From Leidyana gryllorum EB-2025a (Eukaryota > Protista > Apicomplexa): a stretch of 43,922 nt of DNA. Below the pieces are notes generated by a model. It was not told the DNA's origin. It saw nothing but the letters and a program-made list of their open reading frames with translations, and did not search any database. This document shows, in pieces, positions 8,357-20,272 of this stretch; positions within the stretch are counted from its first letter, which is position 1, and every line of letters starts with the position of its first letter. Location: the NCBI GenBank assembly GCA_048772705.1, contig JBLWGC010000055.1:1-43922 (forward strand). The letters run 5' to 3'. The position numbers were made by a program, and so were the translations under genes.

Positions 8357-11061
8357 TCCCTCCCTTCCAAACCTTCGTAGGCGTGGCGGGGGTTCCGGGT
8401 GTTGAAGTTCCGGCGGAAGTCGGCGATCAAGTCCTGACCGTCCGCCTCAAGTACGTATTCAGCGGGTTCCCATGAAGGGCTCTCGTATCCTCGCCACTTC
8501 ACCAGATATTTTAAACCATCCTCTGACTGTTCTTCACCGACGATCTTCTCCATTAGGTACAGTTGGGGACCTTCATCTGAGACGGGAATGAGGTTGGGGA
8601 CATCTGCAACTGGAGGGCTGATCGGGGTGTTGGGTTGTGGAGAGCGAGTAAAGGGTTCAAGCCGGGAGACATGGAACCTTGGGAAGATTCTCCAGTCGGC
8701 CGGGGTGTCTAACTCGTAAACATCACCGGGGAGTCGTTTCAAGACACGGAAGGGGCCGCAGAAAGGTAACGCCAGCTTGTGTTGGGGTACGTGCGTCAGG
8801 TGTCGGGTCCGGAGGAGGACGAGGTCGTCCTCCGCGAAGGTGATGGGTGCCCGGTGGCGGTCGGCTTGCGTTTTCATGAGCTCGCCAGCATGCCGGAGTC
8901 GGTCTCGGGCTTCTTGGAGTTTTTGGAGGTAGAGTGGGGCGTGCGGGAGTGTTGGGGTGTGGAAAGCGAGCAGATCACGAGAATGTGGGAGTGCCATGGG
9001 TCGTCCGTTGTCCAGTTCGAACGGGCTGAAGTTCGTCGACTTACTGGTGTTGGAGTTGAAAGCGATCTCTATGGCCGGAACCAAATGAGTCCACTCCTCG
9101 CGCAGACCGCTCATGGACAACTTCAAGAGCTGCAAAACCGATTGATTGGTGCGTTCAGCTAGGCCATTTGTCTGTGGATGATATGGGGTAGTGAAGGAGA
9201 GGGTAGTGCCGAGGGCTCGGAACAGGGCTTGCCACATGTTCGACATGAAACGCGTATCACGGTCCGAGATGATGCGTTGTGGGAGCCCGTGGAGTTTCAC
9301 GATGTGGTCGAGGAATAGATGGGCCGTGGTGGTGGCGTCCATGGCCTTACGGCACGGAATGAGACGGGCGCGTCGAGTGAGTCGGTCAATAACCACCATG
9401 AGGTAATTGTGACCTGTGCGGGTGTCCGTGGGCAGTTCGAGAAAGTCCATATGGACCTCGGACCAAGGGTGGAAGGGGATGTTGAGAGGGTTCAAGAGCC
9501 CGAGTGGGCGGTGGCGGCGTTGCTTACCGAGCTGGCACGTCTGACACTGTCGGCAGAACTGGGCGATGTCGTTCATCATCCCCGGCCAGACAAATGTCGC
9601 TCGGATTCGGTTGGCTGTCTTCTGTGGTCCATAGTGCCCCGCGATCAGCGTCGAGTGGGCTTCCTTGATGATGTCCGCGACAATGGAGGGTTCCAAAGGG
9701 ACCTCACACTGACCTTCTTCGGTTATGGGTAGGGAGTCGATCCAAACGATCGGACCACAGGCGCCGGCGCGGTCTTTTTGAGAACGCCAGGCTTGAATCA
9801 ATCGTCGGTGTATTGGTGGGATGCATTCGTGGTTTCGCGGTGAGGAGGGGAAGTTGTTTATGGGATTTCGATTTTTTTGCAGCGTTTCTGTTGAAGCTGG
9901 CGGTAGCGCGTTGTCGGGGGCGTCTGGGGCTGTTGTACGGTCAGTGGTCGGTTCCTCGTCGGTATTGATCAGCGGGTTCGCAGAGAGCGTGAAAACGGCA
10001 GCGGATGTCGTACGGTTGTGTGACAGCGGGTCTGCGGGCGTATCTGCGGTCGGCGGTCGGCTCAGGATGTCGGCGATGACATTCTCGCAGCCCTTGATGT
10101 ATTCGAATTCCAGGTGATATTCGGCGAGAGTAAGTAACCACCTAGCTTGTCTATCAGAGATGTGGGACTGCTTCATCAGGTAGATGAGTGGTTTGTGGTC
10201 TGTGTGAACCGTCACTCGTCGTCCCACGAGTAAATGGCGCCAGTGCCGCACGGCGAACACCACCGCGAGTAGTTCGCGTTCGTGCGTGGGGTATCTTTGT
10301 TCTACATCGGTAAGTGCATGAGAGTAGAAGTCCACTGGTTTCTCCCCTCCCTCTTCATATGAGAGTGTAGCGCCTATGGCTCGGGCGCTAGCGTCAGTGT
10401 GAAGGTGGAGGTGGGTTGCTGTGAGGGGTATGTATCCCAGGGTTTTTGCGGTGAGTAATTGAGTCTTCAGGGTGTTCCATGCTGTATATAGGCTATCGGT
10501 TGTGGCTATAGGTGCTTTGGGGAATTGGAGGCCTTTCATTGCGTCGTAAAGAGGGACCGCAATTTCCGCAAAGTGGGGGATGAACCGGCGGTAGTAATTT
10601 ACCAGTCCGAGCCTACTTTGCATTTCGCGCAGGTTCGTTGGAAGTGGTAGGTTCTGGATGGTTGTGCATTTCGCCTTCAGTGGTCGTACCCCTTCGGCTG
10701 AAATGGTGTGTCCGACATAGTCTACTTCGCGAAGGAAGAAGCGTGACTTGCGGCGGTGAACAATGAGCTGATGAGAGTTGAGCCGTCGGAAGACTTCGAT
10801 AAGATGCTGTCGGTGTGCGTTGAGGTCAGGACTGTAGATGAGAACGTCGTCGAGATAAACAAAAACATATTCGCCGATGAGGTCTCGGAAGACGAGGTTC
10901 ATAAGCGCCATGAAGGTTGCCGGGGCGTTGCAGAGGCCATTGGGCATGCTGACCCATTCGTACAAGCCCCATGGAGTGGTGAAAGCGGTGAGCGGGCGGC
11001 TATCGGGGTGGACGCGTACTTGATGGAATCCGCTTTTTAGGTCTAATGTACTGAAGATCTG
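8263..11061 (-). pseudogene. pol: Pol of C, 5'-truncated (partial RT, RH, IN, chromodomain)
   Basis: Begins at QIFSTLDLKSG next to a B LTR; YLDD, TDAS, HHCC, GPF, KWRGY. The ORF runs about 31 codons into the 3' LTR. Confidence 0.92.
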
Positions 11062-11275
11062 TGTGATCGGGGGCCTTGGCGTTACTCTCCGAGCTGGTAA
11101 GTACTTTGCCACTCCTTAAATCCATTGTTGTTTCCTTAGCGTCACGTAAGTAAAAAAGTTCCACACGCGTGTGTCCGTGTCTCCGTTGATTGCCGGCCGG
11201 CCTCCGGAGACACAGACTTACCTTGGTTGACCGGCTTCGGTCGGCTTCCGTCAAACGACCAGTTGATCGGTTACA
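11062..11275 (-). repeat. B-family LTR with no PBS or PPT and mismatched flanks
   Basis: 214 bp, 2 differences from the other three B LTRs; left flank is C RT, right flank is B1 integrase. Confidence 0.93.
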
Positions 11276-12451
11276 ACAAATAGGTAGTTCATTCCGGTGT
11301 CCATGTCCTCCGGTAGTTCCAAGAAATCGATCCCTATGTGCTGCCATGGAAATATGGGGTCATCAATGGGGTTTAGAAGTCCCGCGGGTCTGCCGTTCCG
11401 CTTCTTGCTTTTCTGACATATTTCGCATATTCTGCAAAAATGTGCTATGTCGGCACTCATTCCGTGCCACACGAATACGGCCCTTATCCTCCCTAGCGTC
11501 TTTTCGCTACCAAAGTGTCCGGCCAGGTGTGTTGAGTGGTTCTCCCTGATGATTTCTTGGATGAGGTCTCGATCGGGTGGGATAACAATGCATCCATCAC
11601 TTGTGACTGGAATTCCTTCCAGCCATTCCGTGTTGTCCCATTGGTTCGCAATCTCTTCCTTTCCCTTCCACGCGTCTTTGATGCGCTGCTCGAGGCTTGA
11701 TTGTGCCGTGATCGTCATCCACGTCTCTGGTGTGAGGTCCTTTTTTGGTGGTGGTCTGCTTAACAAATCCGCAACTATGTTGTTGATTCCTGGCAGATAG
11801 TGTATTTGGATATCGAATTCTGAGAGTGTTGTTATCCATCTGATCTGTCGGTCAGTCAGATGTACTTGGTCCATGAGGAAGGTAAGCGGCTTATGGTCTG
11901 TCTTGATTCTTGTTCGTCTTCCTATCAGCAGATGCCGCCAGTGCTTCAGTGCTTGTATGATGGCCAGTAGCTCTCTTTCGTACGTTGAGTATCTTTGTTC
12001 GGCTGGCTTCAGTGTCCTCGAGTAGAACTCGATCGGCTTCATGGATCCGTCTTCCATTTCTTCCTCCAGGACCGCTCCTATCGCTGTCGCTGATGCGTCA
12101 GTCTTCAAGGTGAGTTCGTCCTTCTTCGGGTCCGGATAGCCCAGTTCCGGAGACGACAGTAAGTCCTTTTTTAGGTGGCTCCACGCCTCCTCAAGTTCCG
12201 CAGTGGGTGCAATCTCGTCCTTCGGTCCGTGGTTGCCCTTCAGACAGTCGTATAGGGGTGTTGCTGTTTTGGCGAAGTTCTTGATGAACCGCCGATAGAA
12301 ATTGAAAATTCCCAACCCTCGTTGCATCCCTCTATGGGTTTGTGGTCGTGGTAATTCCTCGATAAACTTCATCTTCTCCTGGATGGGTCTGATGCCCTGG
12401 GCGCTGACGTGATGTCCGACGTATGTGACCTCGGTCTGGTAAAACTTAGAC
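11276..12451 (-). pseudogene. pol: B1 pol, 3' fragment (end of RT, RNase H, N-terminal IN)
   Basis: Near-identical to 13742-14917; ends at YLFV, against the LTR. Confidence 0.92.
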
Positions 12452-12660
12452 TGTGATCGGGGGCCTTGGCGTTACTCTCCGAGCTGGTAAGTACTTTGCC
12501 ATTCCTTAAATCCATTGTTGTTTCCTTAGCGTCACGTAAGTAAAAAGGTTCCACACGCGTGTGTCCGTGTCTCCGTTGATTGCCGGCCGGCCTCCGGAGA
12601 CACAGACTTACCTTGGTTGACCGGCTTCGGTCGGCTTCCGTCAAACGACCAGTTGATCGG

Positions 12661-15600
12661 TTACACCCCTCCCGGGGCGGCCTCTTGTTGTGGTCTAACG
12701 TCTAGGTAAGGTGTGCGGGGGTTCTGTTCGTTGTATCTCCTTTTGAAATCCTGTATTAGGTCGAGTCCGTCTGCTCTCAAGACCTCCGACTCTGGTTCCC
12801 AGGTGATGTCGTTGTAACCTCTCCATTTGATCCTATAGTAAGTGCCATTTGAATCGGTCTTCTCTCCTACTATTTGTTCCATTATGTACAGTTGTGCCTC
12901 GGGAATCTGTGGAAGTGTTTCATTAGGTGGTTGCTCTTGTCTCCTGTCATCGGTCGGTGCGGTATTTGGGGAGTTATTTCTTGCTTCGTTTGTCTTGAAG
13001 CTATGTAGTCTGGAGACGTGGAAGGTATCGAAGATTCGCCAGTGTTGGGGTAATGCGAGAGTGTATGTATCGTGGGTTCCCTTCCGAATGATCTCAAATG
13101 GTCCTATGTACGGATTGGCTAGCTTATGTTGTGGTATATGTCTTATGTTCTTTGCGTTCAGTAGGACTAGTTCTCCTACTTCGAATGTTCGCTGCTGTCG
13201 GGATCTGTCGTTTGCTTTCTTTTGTCTCTCCTTCGCTTGCGTCAACCGATCGTGGGCTTCTTGAAGCCGCTGGTAGTAGAGTGAAAGTGTCCTATTTCCG
13301 CTCGGTATGTATTGATGTGTTAGCCAATCCTGTTCAAAGTGCGCTCTTCGTCCCGTATCCACTTCCATCGGTGACATTCCCGTTGAGGTTTGTGGTGTCG
13401 AGTTGTAGGCTATCTCAACCGCTGCCGTGTACATGGTCCACTGGTGTCCGACTCCTTGAAGAGTACATCGTAGGATCTGTAAGATAGTTCGATTTGCCCG
13501 TTCTACTAAGCCATTCGTCTGCGGGTGATTTGATGTACTCATTGCCAGGTTTATCCCTAACTGGCTCATCATTGCGGTCCAGAAATCCGAGATGAACCTG
13601 GGGTCTCGATCCGAGATTATTTTGCACGGCAGTCCGTGTATTCGGACTATATTCTGGATGAAGAGTGTGGCGGTTTCCGCGGCCGTGATCGTCTTTCTGC
13701 ATGGGGTCAGTCGAATTCTCCTGCTAACTCTGTCCACCACTACAAATAGGTAGTTCATTCCGGTGTCCATGTCCTCCGGTAGTTCCAAGAAATCGATCCC
13801 TATGTGCTGCCATGGAAATATGGGGTCATCAATGGGGTTTAGAAGTCCCGCGGGTCTGCCGTTCCGCTTCTTGCTTTTCTGACATATTTCGCATATTCTG
13901 CAAAAATGTGCTATGTCGGCACTCATTCCGTGCCACACGAATACGGCCCTTATCCTCCCTAGCGTCTTTTCGCTACCAAAGTGTCCGGCCAGGTGTGTTG
14001 AGTGGTTCTCCCTGATGATTTCTTGGATGAGGTCTCGATCGGGTGGGATAACAATGCATCCATCACTTGTGACTGGAATTCCTTCCAGCCATTCCGTGTT
14101 GTCCCATTGGTTCGCAATCTCTTCCTTTCCCTTCCACGCGTCTTTGATGCGCTGCTCGAGGCTTGATTGTGCCGTGATCGTCATCCACGTCTCTGGTGTG
14201 AGGTCCTTTTTTGGTGGTGGTCTGCTTAACAAATCCGCAACTATGTTGTTGATTCCTGGCAGATAGTGTATTTGGATATCGAATTCTGAGAGTGTTGTTA
14301 TCCATCTGATCTGTCGGTCAGTCAGATGTACTTGGTCCATGAGGAAGGTAAGCGGCTTATGGTCTGTCTTGATTCTTGTTCGTCTTCCTATCAGCAGATG
14401 CCGCCAGTGCTTCAGTGCTTGTATGATGGCCAGTAGCTCTCTTTCGTACGTTGAGTATCTTTGTTCGGCTGGCTTCAGTGTCCTCGAGTAGAACTCGATC
14501 GGCTTCATGGATCCGTCTTCCATTTCTTCCTCCAGGACCGCTCCTATCGCTGTCGCTGATGCGTCAGTCTTCAAGGTGAGTTCGTCCTTCTTCGGGTCCG
14601 GATAGCCCAGTTCCGGAGACGACAGTAAGTCCTTTTTTAGGTGGCTCCACGCCTTCTCAAGTTCCGCAGTGGGTGCAATCTCGTCCTTCGGTCCGTGGTT
14701 GCCCTTCAGACAGTCGTATAGGGGTGTTGCTGTTTTGGCGAAGTTCTTGATGAACCGCCGATAGAAATTGAAAATTCCCAACCCTCGTTGCATCCCTCTA
14801 TGGGTTTGTGGTCGTGGTAATTCCTCGATAAACTTCATCTTCTCCTGGATGGGTCTGATGCCCTGGGCGCTGACGTGATGTCCGACGTATGTGACCTCGG
14901 TCTGGTAAAACTTAGACTTTCTCCGGTGTGCTATGAGTCCGTGTTCTCCCAGTCGTTCTAAGACCCGTCTCAAGTGTTCCGTGTGTTCCACCGTCGATTT
15001 GGAGTATATTAGCACATCGTCGAGATAGACGAAAACGAAGACTCCTATCAATCCTTGCAGAACTTGATTCATGAGTGCCATGAATGTGGACGGGGCATTC
15101 GCTAGACCATTTGGCATCCCGACCCACTCGAACTGTCCCCATGGTGTCGAGAATGCCGTATACTTTCTGCTCCCGGGTTCCACGCAAACCTGGAAATATC
15201 CGGATTTCAAATCTATAATCGAGAAGACTGTCGCTCCCGCAAGGTTCTGAAGCCCATCCTCCATCCTAGGGATGTTTGGTGCGAGTCGTCTGGTCAGGGC
15301 ATTTATGCCTCTGTAATCGCAGACTAAACGTGGGATGTTCGTGTCCTTCTTCGCCACGAACATGCACGGTGCGGACCATTCTGACCCACTTGGTACGATC
15401 AATCCGTTCCCCAACATCTCTCCTATCTGTGTTCTCATCTCGTCTAGCCATTTCTGTGGTATTCTATAAGGTTGCTTCGCCACTGGAGTGCTGTTCGGTT
15501 CCTTCAATTCTATTTTGTGATCTATTCCCCGTCTTGAAATAGGCTGATGCAGGGTGTCACGAAATACGTGGGAGTATTTTTGCCTTATCCACTCCGCCTG

Positions 15601-16137
15601 AGGTGGTAAGACCCACGCTTCTTGTACCGGTGCTGTCCCTTTCTGCAGTTGTATTAGCATTGCCGTTGCTCGTTTCCCTCCGTTGGCCGGGTTCCAGTTC
15701 CATTGATGTAATTTGATCTTTCCATTCAAGGTAAGTTGGTGCCCTTGTATTATACATAACCGTTCAGCTCGAGCTGCAATGCACAGATTGAGGCGTGCTA
15801 TCTCCCTGGTCCCTATCAGTATGTCGTAGTGTAGCGATGCTACCACGAACGGTCTAGCTTCTATTGTCGTTGTTCCTGTATCAAGGATGAGTTTTGATGC
15901 CTGTCCTAGTATTTTCTCGGTGCCTCCTATGCCTTCCAACTCTGGTCCCCCTTCCGTCATGGACAGTTTCAGTTTCCTTCTTGTTCCGTTTGATATCAGA
16001 CATATGTTTGATCCTGTATCGACGAGCACGCATGCTCGGCTCCTGGTTCGTTCGTCGTCCGGATTAAGTATCCACCATTGAGCTGTCAGAACCCCGGGGC
16101 CGGTTCGCTCGTGTCCGACGGGGGTTCCTGAAAATCC
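12661..16137 (-). CDS. pol: Pol of B2 (PR-RT-RH-IN-chromodomain), intact
   Basis: LVDTGS, YLDD, TDAS, HHCC, SDRD, GPF, KWRGY. Open from the slippery site 16137-16131; stop TAA lies in the LTR terminus. Confidence 0.95.
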   Translation of the reverse strand, partial: GFSGTPVGHERTGPGVLTAQWWILNPDDERTRSRACVLVDTGSNICLISNGTRRKLKLSMTEGGPELEGIGGTEKILGQASKLILDTGTTTIEARPFVVASLHYDILIGTREIARLNLCIAARAERLCIIQGHQLTLNGKIKLHQWNWNPANGGKRATAMLIQLQKGTAPVQEAWVLPPQAEWIRQKYSHVFRDTLHQPISRRGIDHKIELKEPNSTPVAKQPYRIPQKWLDEMRTQIGEMLGNGLIVPSGSEWSAPCMFVAKKDTNIPRLVCDYRGINALTRRLAPNIPRMEDGLQNLAGATVFSIIDLKSGYFQVCVEPGSRKYTAFSTPWGQFEWVGMPNGLANAPSTFMALMNQVLQGLIGVFVFVYLDDVLIYSKSTVEHTEHLRRVLERLGEHGLIAHRRKSKFYQTEVTYVGHHVSAQGIRPIQEKMKFIEELPRPQTHRGMQRGLGIFNFYRRFIKNFAKTATPLYDCLKGNHGPKDEIAPTAELEKAWSHLKKDLLSSPELGYPDPKKDELTLKTDASATAIGAVLEEEMEDGSMKPIEFYSRTLKPAEQRYSTYERELLAIIQALKHWRHLLIGRRTRIKTDHKPLTFLMDQVHLTDRQIRWITTLSEFDIQIHYLPGINNIVADLLSRPPPKKDLTPETWMTITAQSSLEQRIKDAWKGKEEIANQWDNTEWLEGIPVTSDGCIVIPPDRDLIQEIIRENHSTHLAGHFGSEKTLGRIRAVFVWHGMSADIAHFCRICEICQKSKKRNGRPAGLLNPIDDPIFPWQHIGIDFLELPEDMDTGMNYLFVVVDRVSRRIRLTPCRKTITAAETATLFIQNIVRIHGLPCKIISDRDPRFISDFWTAMMSQLGINLAMSTSNHPQTNGLVERANRTILQILRCTLQGVGHQWTMYTAAVEIAYNSTPQTSTGMSPMEVDTGRRAHFEQDWLTHQYIPSGNRTLSLYYQRLQEAHDRLTQAKERQKKANDRSRQQRTFEVGELVLLNAKNIRHIPQHKLANPYIGPFEIIRKGTHDTYTLALPQHWRIFDTFHVSRLHSFKTNEARNNSPNTAPTDDRRQEQPPNETLPQIPEAQLYIMEQIVGEKTDSNGTYYRIKWRGYNDITWEPESEVLRADGLDLIQDFKRRYNEQNPRTPYLDVRPQQEAAPGGV

Positions 16138-17195
16138 TGCTCCGTGAGGTAGGTGCGTGCCCTATTCCTTGCTGGGTAGTTCCCATTCTGACTCGGTTTG
16201 TCCTCTCGTGGCAGAGGGCAATCCCTCCCCATGTGTCCTTTCTCGCCGCAGTTCAAGCAGCGGCCTTCTGCCATGCATCGGCTGAAGTCGTATTGGCATC
16301 TCTTCCCCGTGTTCCGGTTCCCTCTGTTTATCCTTCCTTCAATTGCATATGATCTGTTCTGCGTTGCGGCTTCCTTCGCGACTGCCTCCACTTCTAGTGC
16401 CGCTATGCAGATTTCGTCCAGTGATCGGCCGTTGATGCCTCCAAGCATTCTTCTGTCCTCCGCAGGTAGTCCGTCATAAAAGATTCTGGTCAGTGTGGAT
16501 TGCCGTACCCCGCGGTCGATTCCTCGCGTCAGTTGCCGCGTCTTATTCACGTACGTCATCATTGATCCGGTCTTTCGGAGGTGTACCAGTTCCAACAAGT
16601 CATCGTGTTCTCCTCTAAGTGGCCCAAATTCATCGAGGAATGTCTGTTTAAACTTCGTCCAGCTATAACTCAGGACCTGTGGTTTGGATGCGAACCAGCG
16701 GCTTGCTGTTCCGGTCAGTAGTGCGCAGGTCGCCCTGATTCGATCTTCGTCGTTCTGAATGTCCCAGGCTAGGAACTTGGTGTGGCATCCGTCCAGCCAG
16801 TCCCTGGCGTTTGCGTCCGTGCTTCCATCGAATCCTTCCTGCTTCTTCAGGGCCCAGGCCGCTTGGCTTCGTCCCTCGTCGGCCTTGGGTACTTTTGGTT
16901 GTCTAAGCTGTGTCATTCTATCCGTTATCGTTCCTTGTTTCTGGATTTGTTGGATGTTGTCCGTGGCCTTCCGCAAGTCCTGTGCTAGTCTTTCGAGTTG
17001 ATCTATCACTGTCAAGTGCGGCTCTGTGCTTTCCGTTCTTTCGCTTTCCTGTTCCGTTCCCAGGTGGGCCTCTTGCAATTCTTCGTCCGTGGGTGGCTGA
17101 TCGGCGTCTGCGTTGTACGCACTGCTACCAGTGTGATCGGGGGCCTTGGCGTTACTCTCCGAGCTGGTAAGTACTTTGCCATTCCTTAAATCCAT
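16086..17195 (-). CDS. gag: Gag of B2 (MDLRNGK start in the LTR)
   Basis: CLNCGEKGHMGRDC knuckle; capsid-like region. Confidence 0.9.
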   Translation of the reverse strand: MDLRNGKVLTSSESNAKAPDHTGSSAYNADADQPPTDEELQEAHLGTEQESERTESTEPHLTVIDQLERLAQDLRKATDNIQQIQKQGTITDRMTQLRQPKVPKADEGRSQAAWALKKQEGFDGSTDANARDWLDGCHTKFLAWDIQNDEDRIRATCALLTGTASRWFASKPQVLSYSWTKFKQTFLDEFGPLRGEHDDLLELVHLRKTGSMMTYVNKTRQLTRGIDRGVRQSTLTRIFYDGLPAEDRRMLGGINGRSLDEICIAALEVEAVAKEAATQNRSYAIEGRINRGNRNTGKRCQYDFSRCMAEGRCLNCGEKGHMGRDCPLPREDKPSQNGNYPARNRARTYLTEQDFQEPPSDTSEPAPGF

Positions 17196-17345
17196 TGTTG
17201 TTTCCTTAGCGTCACGTAAGTAAAAAGGTTCCACACGCGTGTGTCCGTGTCTCCGTTGATTGCCGGCCGGCCTCCGGAGACACAGACTTACCTTGGTTGA
17301 CCGGCTTCGGTCGGCTTCCGTCAAACGACCAGTTGATCGGTTACA

Positions 17346-18570
17346 TAGACTTTCTCCGGTGTGCTATGAGTCCGTGTTCTCCCAGTCGTTCTAAGACCCG
17401 TCTCAAGTGTTCCGTGTGTTCCACCGTCGATTTGGAGTATATTAGCACATCGTCGAGATAGACGAAAACGAAGACTCCTATCAATTCTTGCAGAACTTGA
17501 TTCATGAGTGCCATGAATGTGGACGGGGCATTCGCTAGACCATTTGGCATCCCGACCCACTCGAACTGTCCCCATGGTGTCGAGAATGCCGTATACTTTC
17601 TGCTCCCGGGTTCCACGCAAACCTGGAAATATCCGGATTTCAAATCTATAATCGAGAAGACTGTCGCTCCGGCAAGGTTCTGAAGCCCATCCTCCATCCT
17701 AGGGATGTTTGGTGCGAGTCGTCTGGTCAGGGCATTTATGCCTCTGTAATCGCAGACTAAACGTGGGATGTTCGTGTCCTTCTTCGCCACGAACATGCAC
17801 GGTGCGGACCATTCTGACCCACTTGGTACGATCAATCCGTTCCCCAACATCTCTCCTATCTGTGTTCTCATCTCGTCTAGCCATTTCTGTGGTATTCTAT
17901 AAGGTTGCTTCGCCACTGGAGTGCTGTTCGGTTCCTTCAATTCTATTTTGTGATCTATTCCCCGTCTTGAAATAGGCTGATGCAGGGTGTCACGAAATAC
18001 GTGGGAGTATTTTTGCCTTATCCACTCCGCCTGAGGTGGTAAGACCCACGCTTCTTGTACCGGTGCTGTCCCTTTCTGCAGTTGTATTAGCATTGCCGTT
18101 GCTCGTTTCCCTCCGTTGGCCGGGTTCCAGTTCCATTGATGTAATTTGATCTTTCCATTCAAGGTAAGTTGGTGCCCTTGTATTATACATAACCGTTCAG
18201 CTCGAGCTGCAATGCACAGATTGAGGCGTGCTATCTCCCTGGTCCCTATCAGTATGTCGTAGTGTAGCGATGCTACCACGAACGGTCTAGCTTCTATTGT
18301 CGTTGTTCCTGTATCAAGGATGAGTTTTGATGCCTGTCCTAGTATTTTCTCGGTGCCTCCTATGCCTTCCAACTCTGGTCCCCCTTCCGTCATGGACAGT
18401 TTCAGTTTCCTTCTTGTTCCGTTTGATATCAGACATATGTTTGATCCTGTATCGACGAGCACGCATGCTCGGCTCCTGGTTCGTTCGTCGTCCGGATTAA
18501 GTATCCACCATTGAGCTGTCAGAACCCCGGGGCCGGTTCGCTCGTGTCCGACGGGGGTTCCTGAAAATCC
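17346..18570 (-). pseudogene. pol: B1 pol, 5' fragment (PR and most of RT)
   Basis: Near-identical to B2 pol; broken at HRRKS by B2. Confidence 0.92.
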
Positions 18571-19628
18571 TGCTCCGTGAGGTAGGTGCGTGCCCTATTC
18601 CTTGCTGGGTAGTTCCCATTCTGACTCGGTTTGTCCTCTCGTGGCAGAGGGCAATCCCTCCCCATGTGTCCTTTCTCGCCGCAGTTCAAGCAGCGGCCTT
18701 CTGCCATGCATCGGCTGAAGTCGTATTGGCATCTCTTCCCCGTGTTCCGGTTCCCTCTGTTTATCCTTCCTTCAATTGCATATGATCTGTTCTGCGTTGC
18801 GGCTTCCTTCGCGACTGCCTCCACTTCTAGTGCCGCTATGCAGATTTCGTCCAGTGATCGGCCGTTGATGCCTCCAAGCATTCTTCTGTCCTCCGCAGGT
18901 AGTCCGTCATAAAAGATTCTGGTCAGTGTGGATTGCCGTACCCCGCGGTCGATTCCTCGCGTCAGTTGCCGCGTCTTATTCACGTACGTCATCATTGATC
19001 CGGTCTTTCGGAGGTGTACCAGTTCCAACAAGTCATCGTGTTCTCCTCTAAGTGGCCCAAATTCATCGAGGAATGTCTGTTTAAACTTCGTCCAGCTATA
19101 ACTCAGGACCTGTGGTTTGGATGCGAACCAGCGGCTTGCTGTTCCGGTCAGTAGTGCGCAGGTCGCCCTGATTCGATCTTCGTCGTTCTGAATGTCCCAG
19201 GCTAGGAACTTGGTGTGGCATCCGTCCAGCCAGTCCCTGGCGTTTGCGTCCGTGCTTCCATCGAATCCTTCCTGCTTCTTCAGGGCCCAGGCCGCTTGGC
19301 TTCGTCCCTCGTCGGCCTTGGGTACTTTTGGTTGTCTAAGCTGTGTCATTCTATCCGTTATCGTTCCTTGTTTCTGGATTTGTTGGATGTTGTCCGTGGC
19401 CTTCCGCAAGTCCTGTGCTAGTCTTTCGAGTTGATCTATCACTGTCAAGTGCGGCTCTGTGCTTTCCGTTCTTTCGCTTTCCTGTTCCGTTCCCAGGTGG
19501 GCCTCTTGCAATTCTTCGTCCGTGGGTGGCTGATCGGCGTCTGCGTTGTACGCACTGCTACCAGTGTGATCGGGGGCCTTGGCGTTACTCTCCGAGCTGG
19601 TAAGTACTTTGCCATTCCTTAAATCCAT
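18519..19628 (-). CDS. gag: Gag of B1
   Basis: Same protein as B2 Gag. Confidence 0.9.
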   Translation of the reverse strand: MDLRNGKVLTSSESNAKAPDHTGSSAYNADADQPPTDEELQEAHLGTEQESERTESTEPHLTVIDQLERLAQDLRKATDNIQQIQKQGTITDRMTQLRQPKVPKADEGRSQAAWALKKQEGFDGSTDANARDWLDGCHTKFLAWDIQNDEDRIRATCALLTGTASRWFASKPQVLSYSWTKFKQTFLDEFGPLRGEHDDLLELVHLRKTGSMMTYVNKTRQLTRGIDRGVRQSTLTRIFYDGLPAEDRRMLGGINGRSLDEICIAALEVEAVAKEAATQNRSYAIEGRINRGNRNTGKRCQYDFSRCMAEGRCLNCGEKGHMGRDCPLPREDKPSQNGNYPARNRARTYLTEQDFQEPPSDTSEPAPGF

Positions 19629-19778
19629 TGTTGTTTCCTTAGCGTCACGTAAGTAAAAAGGTTCCACACGCGTGTGTCCGTGTCTCCGTTGATTGCCGGC
19701 CGGCCTCCGGAGACACAGACTTACCTTGGTTGACCGGCTTCGGTCGGCTTCCGTCAAACGACCAGTTGATCGGTTACA
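19565..19778 (-). repeat. 5' LTR of B1
   Basis: 214 bp, followed by the PBS at 19550-19563. Confidence 0.96.
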
Positions 19779-20272
19779 AAAGCTGCCTGGAAGGTCTCCC
19801 AGCTCGTTTCTACGAGCTGGGGATGTGCTAGAGCCCACTGGGCTGCAGATCCCTGGAGATAGGAGCAAGCCCAGGCGGCTCGCTGGATCGGTGGGGTACG
19901 GCGCGTATGGAATCGAAGTGAAACGGCGTCCAGCCATTCTTGCCCCTCCTTCCGGCGCTTGCCGTCGAAGGCTATCATGTTGCGGAGTGGGTCGTTGCGT
20001 TCTAACATTGGTTCGTCTGAGGGTAAGGTGGTGGTATCCGCTTGTACAGCCGGCGTGGTCGGGGTGTTCATCGGGGGTCGTAGCAGCTCGAGGATCTGGC
20101 GCATGGTGTGATTCAAGGTTCCAAGGTCTAAGGTGGGTTCGGAGCGGGTATCGAGCGTTTCCACGGATGTGGCCGTGGAGTGGTTCGCATCCTTCGGTGG
20201 TGCCGGTGAATTCAACGACGTACTGCTACCAGTTTTAGCCCCGAGGGCGGCGGCTTTCGCTTTGGCAGTCAT
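19779..20272 (-). pseudogene. gag: Gag of C, N-terminal part (cut by B1)
   Basis: MTAKAK..TGSS.., FDG..EWLD, LQGSAAQW, SWETFQAAF, matching the other Gags. Confidence 0.85.

Larger units (their letters stand above)
12452..17345 (-). mobile_element. Chromovirus B2 (4894 bp, intact), inserted into the RT of its own family
   Basis: Apparently identical 214-bp LTRs at 12452-12665 and 17132-17345; TSD TAGAC (12447-12451 and 17346-17350); PBS; PPT 12666-12673. Confidence 0.97.
11062..19778 (-). mobile_element. Chromovirus B1 (truncated in integrase, interrupted by B2)
   Basis: 5' LTR 19565-19778, PBS, gag, pol to 17346; pol resumes at 12451-11276. No matching TSD (ATCTG vs AAAGC). Confidence 0.9.

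Noticed and set aside
11062-11112. Apparent new fusion gene: B LTR start driving C pol (949-aa ORF)
   Set aside because: It starts at a GTG that is out of frame with the B gag ATG, and the RT is truncated; an incidental junction.
19629-19937. N-terminal extensions of gag/pol in the ORF track (also 3078, 28636, 30510, 31357)
   Set aside because: They run across insertion junctions or lie upstream of the slippery site and are not conserved between families.
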